Assembly (NCBI GenBank): GCA_964106915.2
Contig: OZ066916.1
Reading direction: 5' to 3' (one strand)
Length of the DNA stretch: 64,000 nucleotides
Source: Podarcis gaigeae
Lineage: Eukaryota
This document shows, piece by piece, positions 24,783-36,849 of the stretch. Each line of letters begins with the position of its first letter. Positions within the stretch are counted from its first letter, which is position 1. The notes under the pieces were generated by a model. It had not been told where the DNA came from, did not search any database, and worked only from the letters and a program-made list of their open reading frames with translations. Position numbers and translations under genes: made by a program.

Positions 24783-25793
24783 CTTTAAGTCCTCTGTCAC
24801 TGCCCATGTATCATTGATTCCACTTATTTTCACTTTTCATTTTAGGGAACATAAATCAACTGCTCTGTTTCACTGACTTTATTAGCAGACTTTACATCTG
24901 CTACCAGGTTAAGTTTCTCAGTTAGTCTTTAACTGTCTCTCTGGTTAGATCTTCTTCAATAATCTATTAAGATAGATAGAGTGTGATTTTCCTTCTAATT
25001 AAATTTCATAGGCTGCAATCCAGTTAAAAAAGAAATCAATGGGACTTAAACATGCTTAAATGTGAATTGCAGCCACAGGCAAGGCAGTTCTATGGTTTCA
25101 AGAGAGTTTTGCATGTTGTTAGTTGTTAAAAGGAAAAAGCGAGCCTTGGATATTTATGTCCCAGCTGCCAAAGTCAACAATAAGTACTTGTGTATACTGG
25201 CAGCTCTGCATTGCATAGCCAATAACTGAGCATGTTTTGTATGTTCTTTCATGGCAAGGAGAGCTAGCACCCTCCAGCTATGATTATTCACACTTCCAAC
25301 CTCAGCCTTCTGGCTGAGGAAGCCAAAAGAGTCCCGCCCTGCAATGGCAGCAGGAGTGATCAGTGGTAGCTAAGGCAGTTCAAGGGATGTCATCCTTTTT
25401 ATCTTCTGGTGCTGGTTTCACTTCATGCACACCTAAAATGGAGGCCCTATCCTCTCATGCCTGCTGGGCTCTGCTTTGTGGGAGAAGTTAAAATATTCTC
25501 TCTCCAGCTTCCCCTCTTCCAGAGGTGCTGGTGATAGAGCCGCTATTAGAGAGGAAGACTTTAACCACCACCATAGCTAAATACACAACTCAGGTGAAGA
25601 ATACACAGATAAAATTCAGGGAAGTGCGGATTTTGAAAAATGAGTTTGTTTGGGGTTTTCTATTGTTTCAGAAAGCACAGGTTAGGTTTGCTGTTAAGTG
25701 TGAATTGACTTCCTCTTCCAACCCAAGTTGAGGCAGGGATGAGGTTGAAACTACATCATCATAATGACATTTCTTTGCTGCCCTTCATCTGAG

Positions 25794-26233
25794 GATCTTT
25801 CCCAGTAGTGATGTATGGAAGTGAGAGCTGGACCATAAAGAAGGCTGATCGCCGAAGAATTGATGCTTTTGAATTATGGTGCTGGAGGAAACTCTTGAGA
25901 GTCCCATGGACTGCAAGAAGATCAACCTATCCATTCTTAAGGAAATCAGCCGTGAGTGCTCACTGGATGGACAGATCGTGAAGCTGAGGCTCCAATACTT
26001 TGGCCACCTCATGAGAAGAGAAGACTCCCTGGAAAAGACCCTGATGTTGGGAAAGATGGAGGGCACAAGGAGAAGGGGATGACAGAGGACGAGATGGTTG
26101 GACAGTGTTCTTGAAGCTACAAACATAAGTCTGGCCAAACTGCGGGAGGCAGTGGAAGACAGGAGTGCCTGGCGTGCTCTGGTCCATGGGGTCACGAAGA
26201 GTCGGACACGACTAAATGACTAAACAACAACAA
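25794..26233 (+). mobile_element. BovB (RTE) LINE 3' fragment
   Basis: Encodes KLRLQYFGHLMRREDSLEKTLMLGKMEG, has a (CAA)n tail, and is flanked by the direct repeat catctgag. Confidence 0.93.
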
Positions 26234-26419
26234 CATCTGAGAATCACATGTGATTAGCATCATGAACAGGGTTGGGTAGTAAGAAGAGTAGGTGCCAGTT
26301 TTCTTTATAAAATGCTTTTCATTATTTGGAATTTGTTTTTAACTTGGGGAATGGCACGGGGTGGGGGGCATAACAGCTTGCAAATATAAATGCATTAAAG
26401 CCAATTCTTTGCCACCTAC

Positions 26420-26958
26420 CAGCTGCATGAACTGCTGTTCGAGTGCTTTGTATTCTGAGGAACTCCGATTGAAGAGATCATCAGAAAACCGCATGTTGGT
26501 TACTCTCAAGCTGAAGAAGACTACTAGCTCTTTGCCTTTGGCTGCAGTTGTCATTGAGCTGGTGGTGACATACTTCAGTGGAGGAGCTGGAGTCATATCC
26601 GGAGTTTCTGGCAGTGCATAGTAGCCACTTCCATCCTCACTAATTGTTGCTGGCCTCATGATTTCAACCGTATCTAGTTCAGTAGCAATATCTTGCACCC
26701 CCATGTCAAATCCTGTAGGGATGTCACCGTCAGTCACTGCCCACCCAGAGCTTGTTGCTTCAAAAGACTGGTCAATGACAACAGAAGGACCACTGGTAGT
26801 CACAGCAGGCAATAAAATGATCTGATCTGTAGGCCCCAAAATATCATCTTCAGGAAGAGAGGTGGGAAGGGCAGGAGAACCAATGACATATGGTATAGTA
26901 GTTATTGCAGCCAAAATCTCATCGCCTGAAGATTCTAGTTCATCAGTGATCTTTACAT
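26420..26958 (-). CDS. IMPG1: IMPG1 mucin-like region and start of SEA-2 (DVKITDELESSGDE...KELVVFFSLRVTNMRFSDDLFNRSSSEYKALEQQFMQL), exon 13 homologue
   Basis: TTCCTTTTTAG acceptor and GTAGGT donor. 539 nt, phase 1-0. Inside ORF 26339..27007. Confidence 0.96.
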
Positions 26959-29212
26959 CTAAAAAGGAAACAACACGTTGAACAACAACACTGTAGAAGA
27001 CACACATTTAAGGTCTGCTGTGGAAGATGTTGAAGTGGAATTGTTTCCCTATTATGGCATTTATGCCCTACTTGCCACTGAAAACATGCACACAAGATGG
27101 CTAAAGAATAATTAAAATCCAATTCAGGTAATTGAAATGACAGTAATTCAGCAAAATACAAATCAGGACGCCTTATTAAAATGTCAATAAGCTGCAGCAA
27201 ATAAATACAGGAATTCAACTCCAATCCGTTATAGTCTCAAAAGTCCAACAGAACAACAGTGTTCTAGCTAACCACCTGGCTGAGTGAAAGTGAGGCATCC
27301 ATCCATATGGAATGAGTTCCACAAGGAATTACCCATGCCTCCTCTCCCACAAACACACTTATTCAAACAGAGAAGGCATGTGGAATATGAATTCCATGGA
27401 AAACCTTAATGTGTTAACTCAAACATTGTTCTCTTTATTCTAGTAAGGACCATATTCAGATGAAAAATTGGCCTACTTCTTCAACTCTGTTCATACAGTC
27501 ATCTCCATGCATTTGGTGCATGCATACAGAGGAAGGAGGACCACCTGGGTTTGCCCTAACCTCAATGTTATGCACCTGCATTTGACTTCTTGGGGTGGGG
27601 GAGCATAATTGGGTGCCTTGCATAATTGACCACCAGACGTGGCACACGCACACCATTTGAATGGCAATGCCTATCAACTTTGGAGGGCTCCGCCCCCTCA
27701 TATATTTTATTGGGGGAGGCCGAAGGCCGCCCTTTTCAAATGTGCTGAATGCATGGATGGCAGAGCAGGCAGAATGCATGACACTGTGGACGGTGCCCGT
27801 GGGTGCAGTCCTTTTCTGCCCCCCAGATACCCATTGTGTCACTTTTAAACATTTCCCCCTAAACTATTATTTTAGTAATGATAGCTCTACCTGATTACTT
27901 TCATAATTTATCTTAGGTCACCAAATCTCCTTACAGACCGCCCCCTGCCCATCATGTTTTCTCCTAAATGTGCAAAGGCCTTGGTATTCTGTACAGAAAT
28001 ATAGAGTACTCAAGAGTCTGTAACCAAAAGAAATATGACAGGAAAGGGAATTAGGAGCACAGCATAAAGATAAAGGGATGATGACAATTATATCAAGAAT
28101 AATTCGCTTCAGTAGTATTGTGTCCTACAAGTTGCTATGCTGACATTTCTTGCTCAGAATCTTCATTTTTATGATTAAATCTTCAGCAACTAATTGGTTT
28201 GACAAACTGTCACACCTTTGATGCATGTGCAATTAGGTGCAAATTAGATGACAATGATTTGCCTTTGGTTTGAACATCAAAACGGTAAAGCTGACTATCT
28301 CCTAGAGTGTAGTCAATACAAATTTGCTGAATACACTTATGCACATTCTTCAGTTATTCCACAAATTCACTGACTCAATATTTCCTTAATAACTTGCCAA
28401 CATACCTTGGTCAAAGGCTGAGTGGTTGCAAGACACAGAAGTGGGTTGCTATTGACATTTGTTTAGGTTATTTTCTTTTAATGAAGTTTGAGTGTGACTG
28501 GGTGCAAATGAATGAATATGGTGGAATAACTTACATTTTGTTTGAACGCAGTGATTTACTTGCTTTTTTTGAATAGATTTAGGTCTGATCTGCAGTTTAT
28601 TCCCCTCCACAATCCTAGTGAGTGTTGCAAAACAGATAACTCAAGTCTCTGCCATCATTTCTCATATGCTACTGACTTGTTCTGCTATTGCAGTGCTGCT
28701 GGCAAATGTCTTTGAAGTTACGCTAAACTTACCCACCCTATATAATCACTGTTTAGAGACCCCTTACCAGGAGTGCTTCCTAAAACAGCAACAGGTGGGG
28801 ACAAATATCAGTGTTGCATGGACGCTGGCTCTATGGAGCCTGTTTCTCAGATATTTCTCATTGTCACCTATTGACTTAGAAGCAGGGAGCTTCAGTGCTC
28901 AGGTTGGTGGGGGAGAATTATTAGCCAGGCTGTGGCACCACCCCCTTACAAAAAGCAGATAGGCTTACTACTACTTAGGAAAATGGAAACTTTTTTAGCT
29001 TATACATTCTAAAAAGCTGTATTTCATAAACTTAATATTCTCACCACCACCACCAAGTACCTAGATAACCTTGAGTAACTTTACTGATCTGAACCGTTGA
29101 GAAGACCTAACAGCATATGGAGGCTATAAACCTTGTCCCTAAATACATGTTCCTAAGATCATCTATCAAACTAGCTTCCAGGGGTTTGGTGGCCTTACAT
29201 GAAAGCTTTGCA

Positions 29213-29388
29213 ATAGTTCAGTCAGTAGAGCATGAGACTCTTAATCTCAGGGTTGTGGATTCGAGCCCCATGGTATTATTATTATTATTATTATTATTAT
29301 TAGCCACCCAGCCACTCTTGTATTGAAGGGGGTTGAACTAGATGATCCTCATGGTCCCCTTCCAACTCCACAATTCTATGATCCTATG
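29213..29388 (+). mobile_element. tRNA-Lys(CTT)-derived SINE with CR1-type tail, interrupted by (ATT)n
   Basis: Head TAGTTCAGTCAGTAGAGCATGAGACTCTTAATCTCAGGGTTGTGGATTCGAGCCCC and the same tail as the 18701 copy. Confidence 0.8.
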
Positions 29389-30372
29389 TCAAACTATATT
29401 GAAGAGCATGCCACGTAGAAAATAAATTTATATACTCACTAGCAGAAAAAAAAATGTTATATGCAAAGCTTCTCTAAAACAGAACCAATACACAACTTAT
29501 GGGAACAGCTATGGTGAAATGGACAGCTATGGTGAAGGATACAAAAAAATTTCAAAAATGACTTACAGAAATGGATCCCTGTGATTCAATGCAGGCAACT
29601 CCCCATTTGTATGGGGGAGTTGCAGCAGCGCATAAGCCCATTCTGCCCCCACCCCATTCTGCCCATTCCACCCCTTTCCAGGGCCGAAAATGATGTGTGT
29701 CGATAGCCACATGTCAGTCGGGTACGTGCAAAATGGTTGTTGCCTGTATATGGGAGAGAAGTTAGGTTTCACAGGAACAGAAGTAGTTTACTATACAAGG
29801 TAGTAATATTTCTGTGTTAAGTTTTCATATGAGTCTATTATATAATCAGTTGGTAATAAAACATCTAACACGCACACAAGATAGATTGAAATTACATCTT
29901 CATTATTAATACTTTCTCTGGTATTGTGAAGAAATTCATTTCATGAGAAAAATGTAATCATTACAGTATGCTTATTATTTGCCACTGTATTTTCTGGGAA
30001 TGCACTTTTTATTTCTGCTTACTGTACTTTAACTATTTTGGGCAGCTTAGAGAATTAGTGTTTCCTAATGAAAGGATTATAAAGTGAGAGCCATGCCACT
30101 GAATTCTATTACAGTACCAAAACAGCGTGAGTCTAATTAGATGGCTAATATGACAGGAGGGGAATTGCAGGTCAGAGACGGCCTATGAAAGAATCCTTTA
30201 TCCGTAACTCAACTTCCTGTTTTGCTTTTATATTCTGTTGCTTCTCAAATGCTGTTAAAAAAAAAAGAATATGTAAGGACTACCAAAACATTATAGAAAG
30301 CAACATGTAGTTTAAGAACAAAAAGGCATATGCCACAATCCAACAGAGTGTTAAATCTGGGTTAGGTCCACT

Positions 30373-30553
30373 CAGTGCTTTTTTCCCCTGGCAGTGTATT
30401 TTTCTGCCTCAAATCAGAGCCTCACATCTCCTTCCCAAAGCCGGGGAAGTTTGTCCCCAGCTTAGGGACAAAGACATGATGCTCTGGCAGGGTCCGATAG
30501 CCCTCCCTTGCGTGGTGAGTACCGGCACCTGTTTTTCTAGAAAAAAAGCATTG
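30373..30553. mobile_element. hAT MITE, same ends as the 12687 copy, different core
   Basis: CAGTGCTTTTTT...GGTGAGTACCGGCACCT...AAAAAAAGCATTG, with a degenerate TSD ggtccact/agtcctct. Confidence 0.8.
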
Positions 30554-31080
30554 AGTCCTCTAATTTAAACAAGTTCAAACACACCTAACTCTGTTAGGAC
30601 AGAACTCTCAGGGCAGAATATTATTCATTTGATTTAGAATCTATAGGTAAATTTCCAGGTAAAAGCTGTTTACATTGGAATCCTGTACCAAAAAGAACAT
30701 TTCAATTATATTTCTAGAAAGACTGAAAATGAAATAAGCAGCAAGTAGGTATGCATACTGAAGAACTGTGGATGGATTCTTACATTCATGTACAACGTCT
30801 AACTCTTTTCTCTCTCTCAGCTTCTACCAATAGCATGCACTTCAGCATGCAGACATAGTGTTGCTGGAAGAACAGGGACAGAATATTTTAAAACACAGCT
30901 TCAAGTTTCAATATTTCTGAAAGACTTGTGTCCCCTCTGGCTTAGCTGCTCTGATGTCACAGGGGGTCAGGGTAGCTTAGCCCTAAGCAGCTGAGTCCTG
31001 AAGGAAATGATCTAGGAAGATCTTAGAATGGGAATTTAGAAGCCAGTGAACAACTTTTGCTAAATTGAACCATGTAAGTA

Positions 31081-31320
31081 CAGTGGTACCTTGGGTTATA
31101 TGCTTCAGGTTACATATGCTTCAGGTTACAGACTCCGTTAACCCAGAAATAGTACCTCGGGTTAAGAACTTTGCTTCAGGATGAGAACAGAAATCGTGCT
31201 CCGGCGGTGCAGCGGCAGTGGGAGGCCCCATTAGCTAAAGTGGTGCTTCAGGATAAGAACAGTTTCAGGTTAAGAACGGACCTCCGGAACAAATTAAGTA
31301 CTTAACCTGAGGTACCACTG
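31081..31320. mobile_element. pogo/Tigger-like MITE, 240 bp, inverted relative to the 9692 copy
   Basis: TIR CAGTGGTACCT..AGGTACCACTG with TA TSD. Reverse-complement match to 9692-9936. Confidence 0.93.
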
Positions 31321-31630
31321 TACTGTTTGTCACTGGCTTTCGGATTACACCTTGCTGCTACATATACATTTAGCAGTTGCAGAGCATTTTGATGGAAAGC
31401 TACTAGTGGCAACAAAAATACACTACCAAAAATTGTAATCAAATGCAGGGAGTGCCTGATTCTCAGCATACTTAACATTTTTCAAAATGAGAGAGGTCGC
31501 AAGGGGGCCAAAAAGCTATCTACAGAAGGTAAAAAAAAGAAGTGTAAAGAACTAAAATAACTCTGCTTGTCTGTATAAGCATACTATTTGGCAGCACCTT
31601 TAAAATTATATTTTGACAAGCTCAGTACAT

Positions 31631-32162
31631 TGTTATGAGTTTGTGGGTGCCAGAATCCCCTGTGTTATGAGTTCCAGGCTCCCTGCTGATATGAGTTTCT
31701 GGGTGCCGGACACTGAACCCCTGGATTCAGCAAATGTTAAAATATAAACCAGACCAGTTTTCTGATGAGGTAGTCGCCTGGGAGATGAGCCATTAGGAGA
31801 ACAAAAGGAAGACAATGAGTGATTAGGAAACCAAAGACAGGGGGGCACTCCCTCAACTCAGAGTTACTTAGAAGTTTGAAGGAGAGTTTTTAGAGCTGGC
31901 TGTGATGTGACCTGGGAGGACAAAAAGGTGTCAGGCTGTTAAAGGCAGCAAGCTGGAGAGCATGAGCATGATATCTTAAGTCTGTTTGGATCCAAGGCTG
32001 TGCCTATGGGAGAAGCAAGACCTTCTTGGAGTGTTAGTGCTGTGAACTCCTCCAGGTTCAGGTTGTGTATGTATGTAAATAAACGATATATCATGGAGCC
32101 TGGTTGAACCCCTGGAACCCCTGGAATCTCGCACTGCTGGGAGATTGGAGTGGTGTGCAACA
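31631..32162 (+). mobile_element. Possible solo LTR
   Basis: TGTT...AACA termini, ~530 bp long, with AATAAA about 85 bp before the 3' end. No convincing TSD. Confidence 0.35.
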
Positions 32163-32519
32163 ATACAATCCACGTTCTCTGTAAATGGAGATGCGATTCC
32201 AAATCAAATCTTAAACCCTTTGTTTCTCATTTGCTATATGACATATTGAACATTATGGCAAACCCTTTCACAGGCTAATTTAATACCCGGAAACGTAGCT
32301 CTATGGTATCAGCATTTATTGGATGGAGCAATGACAGGAGTCAACAAGGCACAAAACACATGAAAGAATAAGCCAAGATTCCTAAAAAAGAAAAAAAAAG
32401 GCAAGCAGAAAATTAGAAACGGAAGAATAACACCAATCCTACTGGTTCAACTGTAATGCCTGTTTCTCTTCAATTAGGTGGACTAAAACTATTTGTTATT
32501 TCTCAATACCTAGGGCACA

Positions 32520-32874
32520 GGTGGCGCTGTGGGTTAAAGCCTCAGCGCCTAGGACTTGCCGATCGAAAGGTCGGCGGTTCGAATCCCTGCGGTGGGGTGC
32601 GCTCCCGCTGCTCGGTCCCAGCGCCTGCCAACCTAGCAGTTCGAAAGCACCTCCGGGTGCAAGTAGATAAATAGGGACCGCTTACCAGCGGGAAGGTAAA
32701 CGGCGTTTCCGTGTGCGGCTCTGGCTCGCCAGAGCAGCGATGTCACGCTGGCCACGTGACCCGGAAGTGTCTCCGGACAGCGCTGGCCCCTGGCCTCTTG
32801 AGTGAGATGGGCGCACAACCCCAGAGTCTGTCAAGACTGGCCCATACGGGCAGGGGTACCTTTACCTTTACCTT
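32520..32874 (+). mobile_element. Sauria-type SINE, different subfamily
   Basis: A/B boxes, (ACCTTT)3 tail and flanking repeat tagggcaca. The body has diagnostic differences from the 4293 and 23590 copies. Confidence 0.92.
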
Positions 32875-33591
32875 TAGGGCACATTAGCCCTGGCACATCT
32901 TGGTATGTTTGAATTACATTTTAAGGTGGATTTAAGGCATAACCTATAAAGGATGACTGGCTATGAAGGATCTTGATTTGAAATCCCAATTGTTTCTCCC
33001 ACCCTTTCACATGTTGGGAACATCCTGAACCAGAGTTCCTTTGAATGAACATTTTAAAAAGCAATTTGTGTGGAAGAAAATGTGCAACTTTGGCCTATAG
33101 TCAATCATGACGCTGCTGCAATTGTCTGCATACTTACTTGGCAATAAGAAGCCTCACTGAACTCAGCAGGACTAAATTCCAAGTAAGCATGCATAGTACT
33201 GCACAGTGCTTTTCAGGAAAATAGCTGGGCTGAATCTTGGGTGAGCATGAAAGCAGCAATGTGTTATTGAAGGAAAGTTTATATCTAACCTGAAAGTTGT
33301 GAACGTATTCCTGAAATGTATCTGTACAGCAGTCCTTTTGCAGAAAACAATAACTACAGAATAATGACTGACTTAAAAAAAAACTGACAAAAAATATGGA
33401 TGTTTGAACATAGAAATATGAGCTGTCTGAAAACATCAAGATCAGTGTCTTTATTACAATACCCTGTGCTGCTGATGAAATTGCATGTTGCTTCTCACAA
33501 ACCCCCAAAATAACCATTGCACATACAATCTAATATTGCTTTCAGAGTTTCAACTCCCAGGGTTGAAAAGCTTTCTAACCTTAAAGTAGCA

Positions 33592-33811
33592 NNNNNNNNN
33601 NNNNNNNNNNNNNNNNNNNNNNNNNNNNNNNNNNNNNNNNNNNNNNNNNNNNNNNNNNNNNNNNNNNNNNNNNNNNNNNNNNNNNNNNNNNNNNNNNNNN
33701 NNNNNNNNNNNNNNNNNNNNNNNNNNNNNNNNNNNNNNNNNNNNNNNNNNNNNNNNNNNNNNNNNNNNNNNNNNNNNNNNNNNNNNNNNNNNNNNNNNNN
33801 NNNNNNNNNNN
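33592..33811. other. Assembly gap (N run)
   Basis: 220 N. Confidence 1.
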
Positions 33812-36800
33812 AAAGCCTTATATTCATCAAAACTTCATGTAATTCTCATAAAAAGGTACATAGCTGGACTTGCTTTTTCTATCTTCAAAGCATTGACTTC
33901 AGCCAGATCATTCTCAACACATCTATAGCAGGAAAAGATATTGGCAGACAGTGGATGGTGCTCCTGATGAAAACGTTAACAATGACTTTGTCAGTTTGTG
34001 ATCAAACAGAATTTGTAAGAACTAAAAGTAAGGATAATGAAATCAGAGTTCTTACCTGACAAGGCTTGCTTATCCAAAAGAATTTTTAAAAGGTCCTGTG
34101 TCTCATGTCATTTCGGACGCTTTCTCACTTACATCCACAAACAGTGGCACACTTCTCCAGTGGTAACTTAAGCATGAATGTACTTCACATACCTGCCAAG
34201 GGCCCTGGTAAAAATGGGACAACTTGGGGTTTTTTTTGCAGGAGATTGTGGTAGCCATTTTGGGTGATAACCTCACGCACTCTAGCCCGCAAAATGCACT
34301 TTTTGGGGGCCCACGATGTTCAAATGCCCTGTGACTTTATCTTCTTTCCACATAATCTGAGCACTGGATTCTGTTGTCCTGCACTGTTTACCTTCCCTTG
34401 TATTTAGCAAATAACACTAGGTCCCTAGAGGTGGAATAGCTTTTGTAAGGTAAAATCTCACCATCATGGCTATGCCAGTGTATTCAGCTTAAGTGTCTGC
34501 TCCATCTTGGGCCCACTTCAGTCATTATATATTTTTTTAAAAAATAAGATCAAAATATGAAGTTTGGAGGAGCCAAAGGGGCATCTCTAGCTGGAATCTG
34601 TTGCTGAGAAAATTACTTCCCGTCAGTTCATGGTAAGGCTACTCCTAGATCAGAATAGAATGGGAGCAAGTTATTTAGCATAATGTTTGTTTCAAATCAT
34701 TTCTGAAATGAATAATTCCCTTCTGCTACTTTGGTTAAGGAACCAAAAGCACTAATACCTGTCAGCCCACTAAAAAACAAACAAAGGATTTATCTAAAAT
34801 CCAGCAATCTGGAACATGAGACAGATTTGTGACAACGTCTACAAACTAATGAGATGGAGACGAGAGCTGCATTTGCCTGCAGGCTGTGTCCATGATGTCT
34901 GAAAGAAAACCATATTTGTTTTGATCTGTTCAACATTCTGTAAGCACTGAGATGGGCCCCTTTGCATGAATAAACTGCCTGCATGTACTTGGAAATCAAA
35001 TGAGAACTGATAGTTTCCCTTATTTAAACAGTCCTTTGTTTTCAAGTATTTTCCCCCAGTTAGTTCATGCAGAAGCGTGCTTGCAACACACTGAGCTGCC
35101 CAGAAAATGCAGCTTCATTTTGTTAGAAAACGCCACACGAAGGAGAGAAGATGGTGGAATGATTGGTGTTATAGGTATGTGCAGGTGCTCCAACAGCTTA
35201 TGCCAAGTGGCAGCCCCTGCCAATAAAGTGGAAAAAGCGACGATACACTCTATCATTTGGACTGTGCAGTTTTAGTCTTTACGATGTCAGCAAACAGATT
35301 GCTGCAGGTGTCGGCTAAACTCACCATCAAAGCAATTTCAACAGAAAACATGGTCAGTTTCAAATTGACAGAAGAGAGGCTACACATTCCTTTTCAGGTC
35401 CACAGAGCAGAGGCATACAATATGACATTTGAACCATCATACATCAGCTTAAAGATATACATGAGCCTGTTGCCCATGCACACAGCCCCTTTGTTGCGAG
35501 CAATGGCAGACTTGGAGCTATCAAATTTCAGTGGCACCCTGTGTTCTGATAAAATCCAGTGCCCACCCCACCTCTCATGCTCCATTCTACAGCATCATCA
35601 TGGCACCCCGCGCAGCATGGTGACCAGTGCGACCCAACTGGTTGCTCTGCCCTTAAACTGCCTCTGTTGTGAGCCATGATTAAACAAAGAGGCATCTAAC
35701 TAACCAGTTTCCTGTTCCATCTGAAACTAGGATTACTAGTTTTGGAACAATCCGGGATACTATACTACAAACTGAAGTTGGTTTATTATCTTGGAATGTT
35801 CCAAAACTGGGAAACTATGGTTTATTAAAAGCTCCCAGATTTAACTATGGCTTGGGTAAAGGGGACAGAAGCCCTCTGAAAATCTCAGCTTAATAAACTA
35901 AGATATGATTGTTTAAGCTTGTTGGCACAGATATTTTTTTCCTCCGTTGCCTGTGGAAAGCATTTCAGAGTACCCTGTTAGCTGCTGCAAACCAGAAAGC
36001 CAGATAAGGGAAATGCAGCTAATGTATCACACATGGAAGCAGACTGGGAATTGCTGTCACTTTGCCATCAGCTGAATGAGTTACAGCAAATCCCTTCATA
36101 ACCCCGAGTGTATAACTTCCATTTCATCACTGCCTGTCTGAGTGTTTTGTCACAAGTCCTAACAGAAAACACCTTGGATCACTTTCTCTTGTGTGAACAA
36201 TGAGCTTCCTGGGAAGCCAAGTTTCTTACCTTGCCCTTGTAAACCTTATTCTGAAAGGGACAGTGATAATCTTGACTCCCAAAAAACCGCCAGATGTATG
36301 CCAAGAAAGACTGCCTCACATTCAGCATCTTAACACTTCCTTGCTGCCATGAACTGGGCACTCTGCTCTGAGATGCTGAGAATTTATAGGATCCCAGTGA
36401 CACGTGTGCATTTTTCATGCACCTCATGATGATTCCAGCAAACCTGGAGCCCCATTAAATTGATAGTGACAGCAATGTGAAAGAAGAAAAATGGAACTGC
36501 TTTGCAGATCCCAGCTGAGACTTTGAAAATCCTACAGTGCATTCAGGCAAAGGCTCTAGACCCAGGGTGCCAGAGTAGCCTGGGAGGCTACAGAATGCAG
36601 ACCACCAAAGAGATGATTTGCAGAATAAAAGAATGCTAACTGTGCACACCACGCTGAGGTATTTCATTTCCGATGTTATATTTTGGGACAATTAACATGC
36701 CTATGAATGCAATTGCAGAGAACACCAAGATCATGAAAATAACACACTGAAAAGAGGCAGTTCCCACATCACCTGGTAGCCTGGCTGGGCAGCTGCTGGT

Positions 36801-36849
36801 TGCCCACTGTCCCAACCTCCCTTCCCCAGCTGTGATGCTGCTTCTATTT

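Noticed and set aside
26959-26992. Upstream alternative acceptor TTCTACAG for IMPG1 exon 13
   Set aside because: It adds 32 nt and breaks the frame from exon 12.
29213-29275. tRNA-Lys(CTT) gene
   Set aside because: The acceptor stem is missing, the B box is mutated and it is fused to a retroposon tail, so it is a SINE rather than a tRNA. The same applies to the Ile-like head at 18701.
33495-34059. ORFs spanning N runs (also near 43183-43468 and 56391-56734)
   Set aside because: They are artefacts of assembly gaps.
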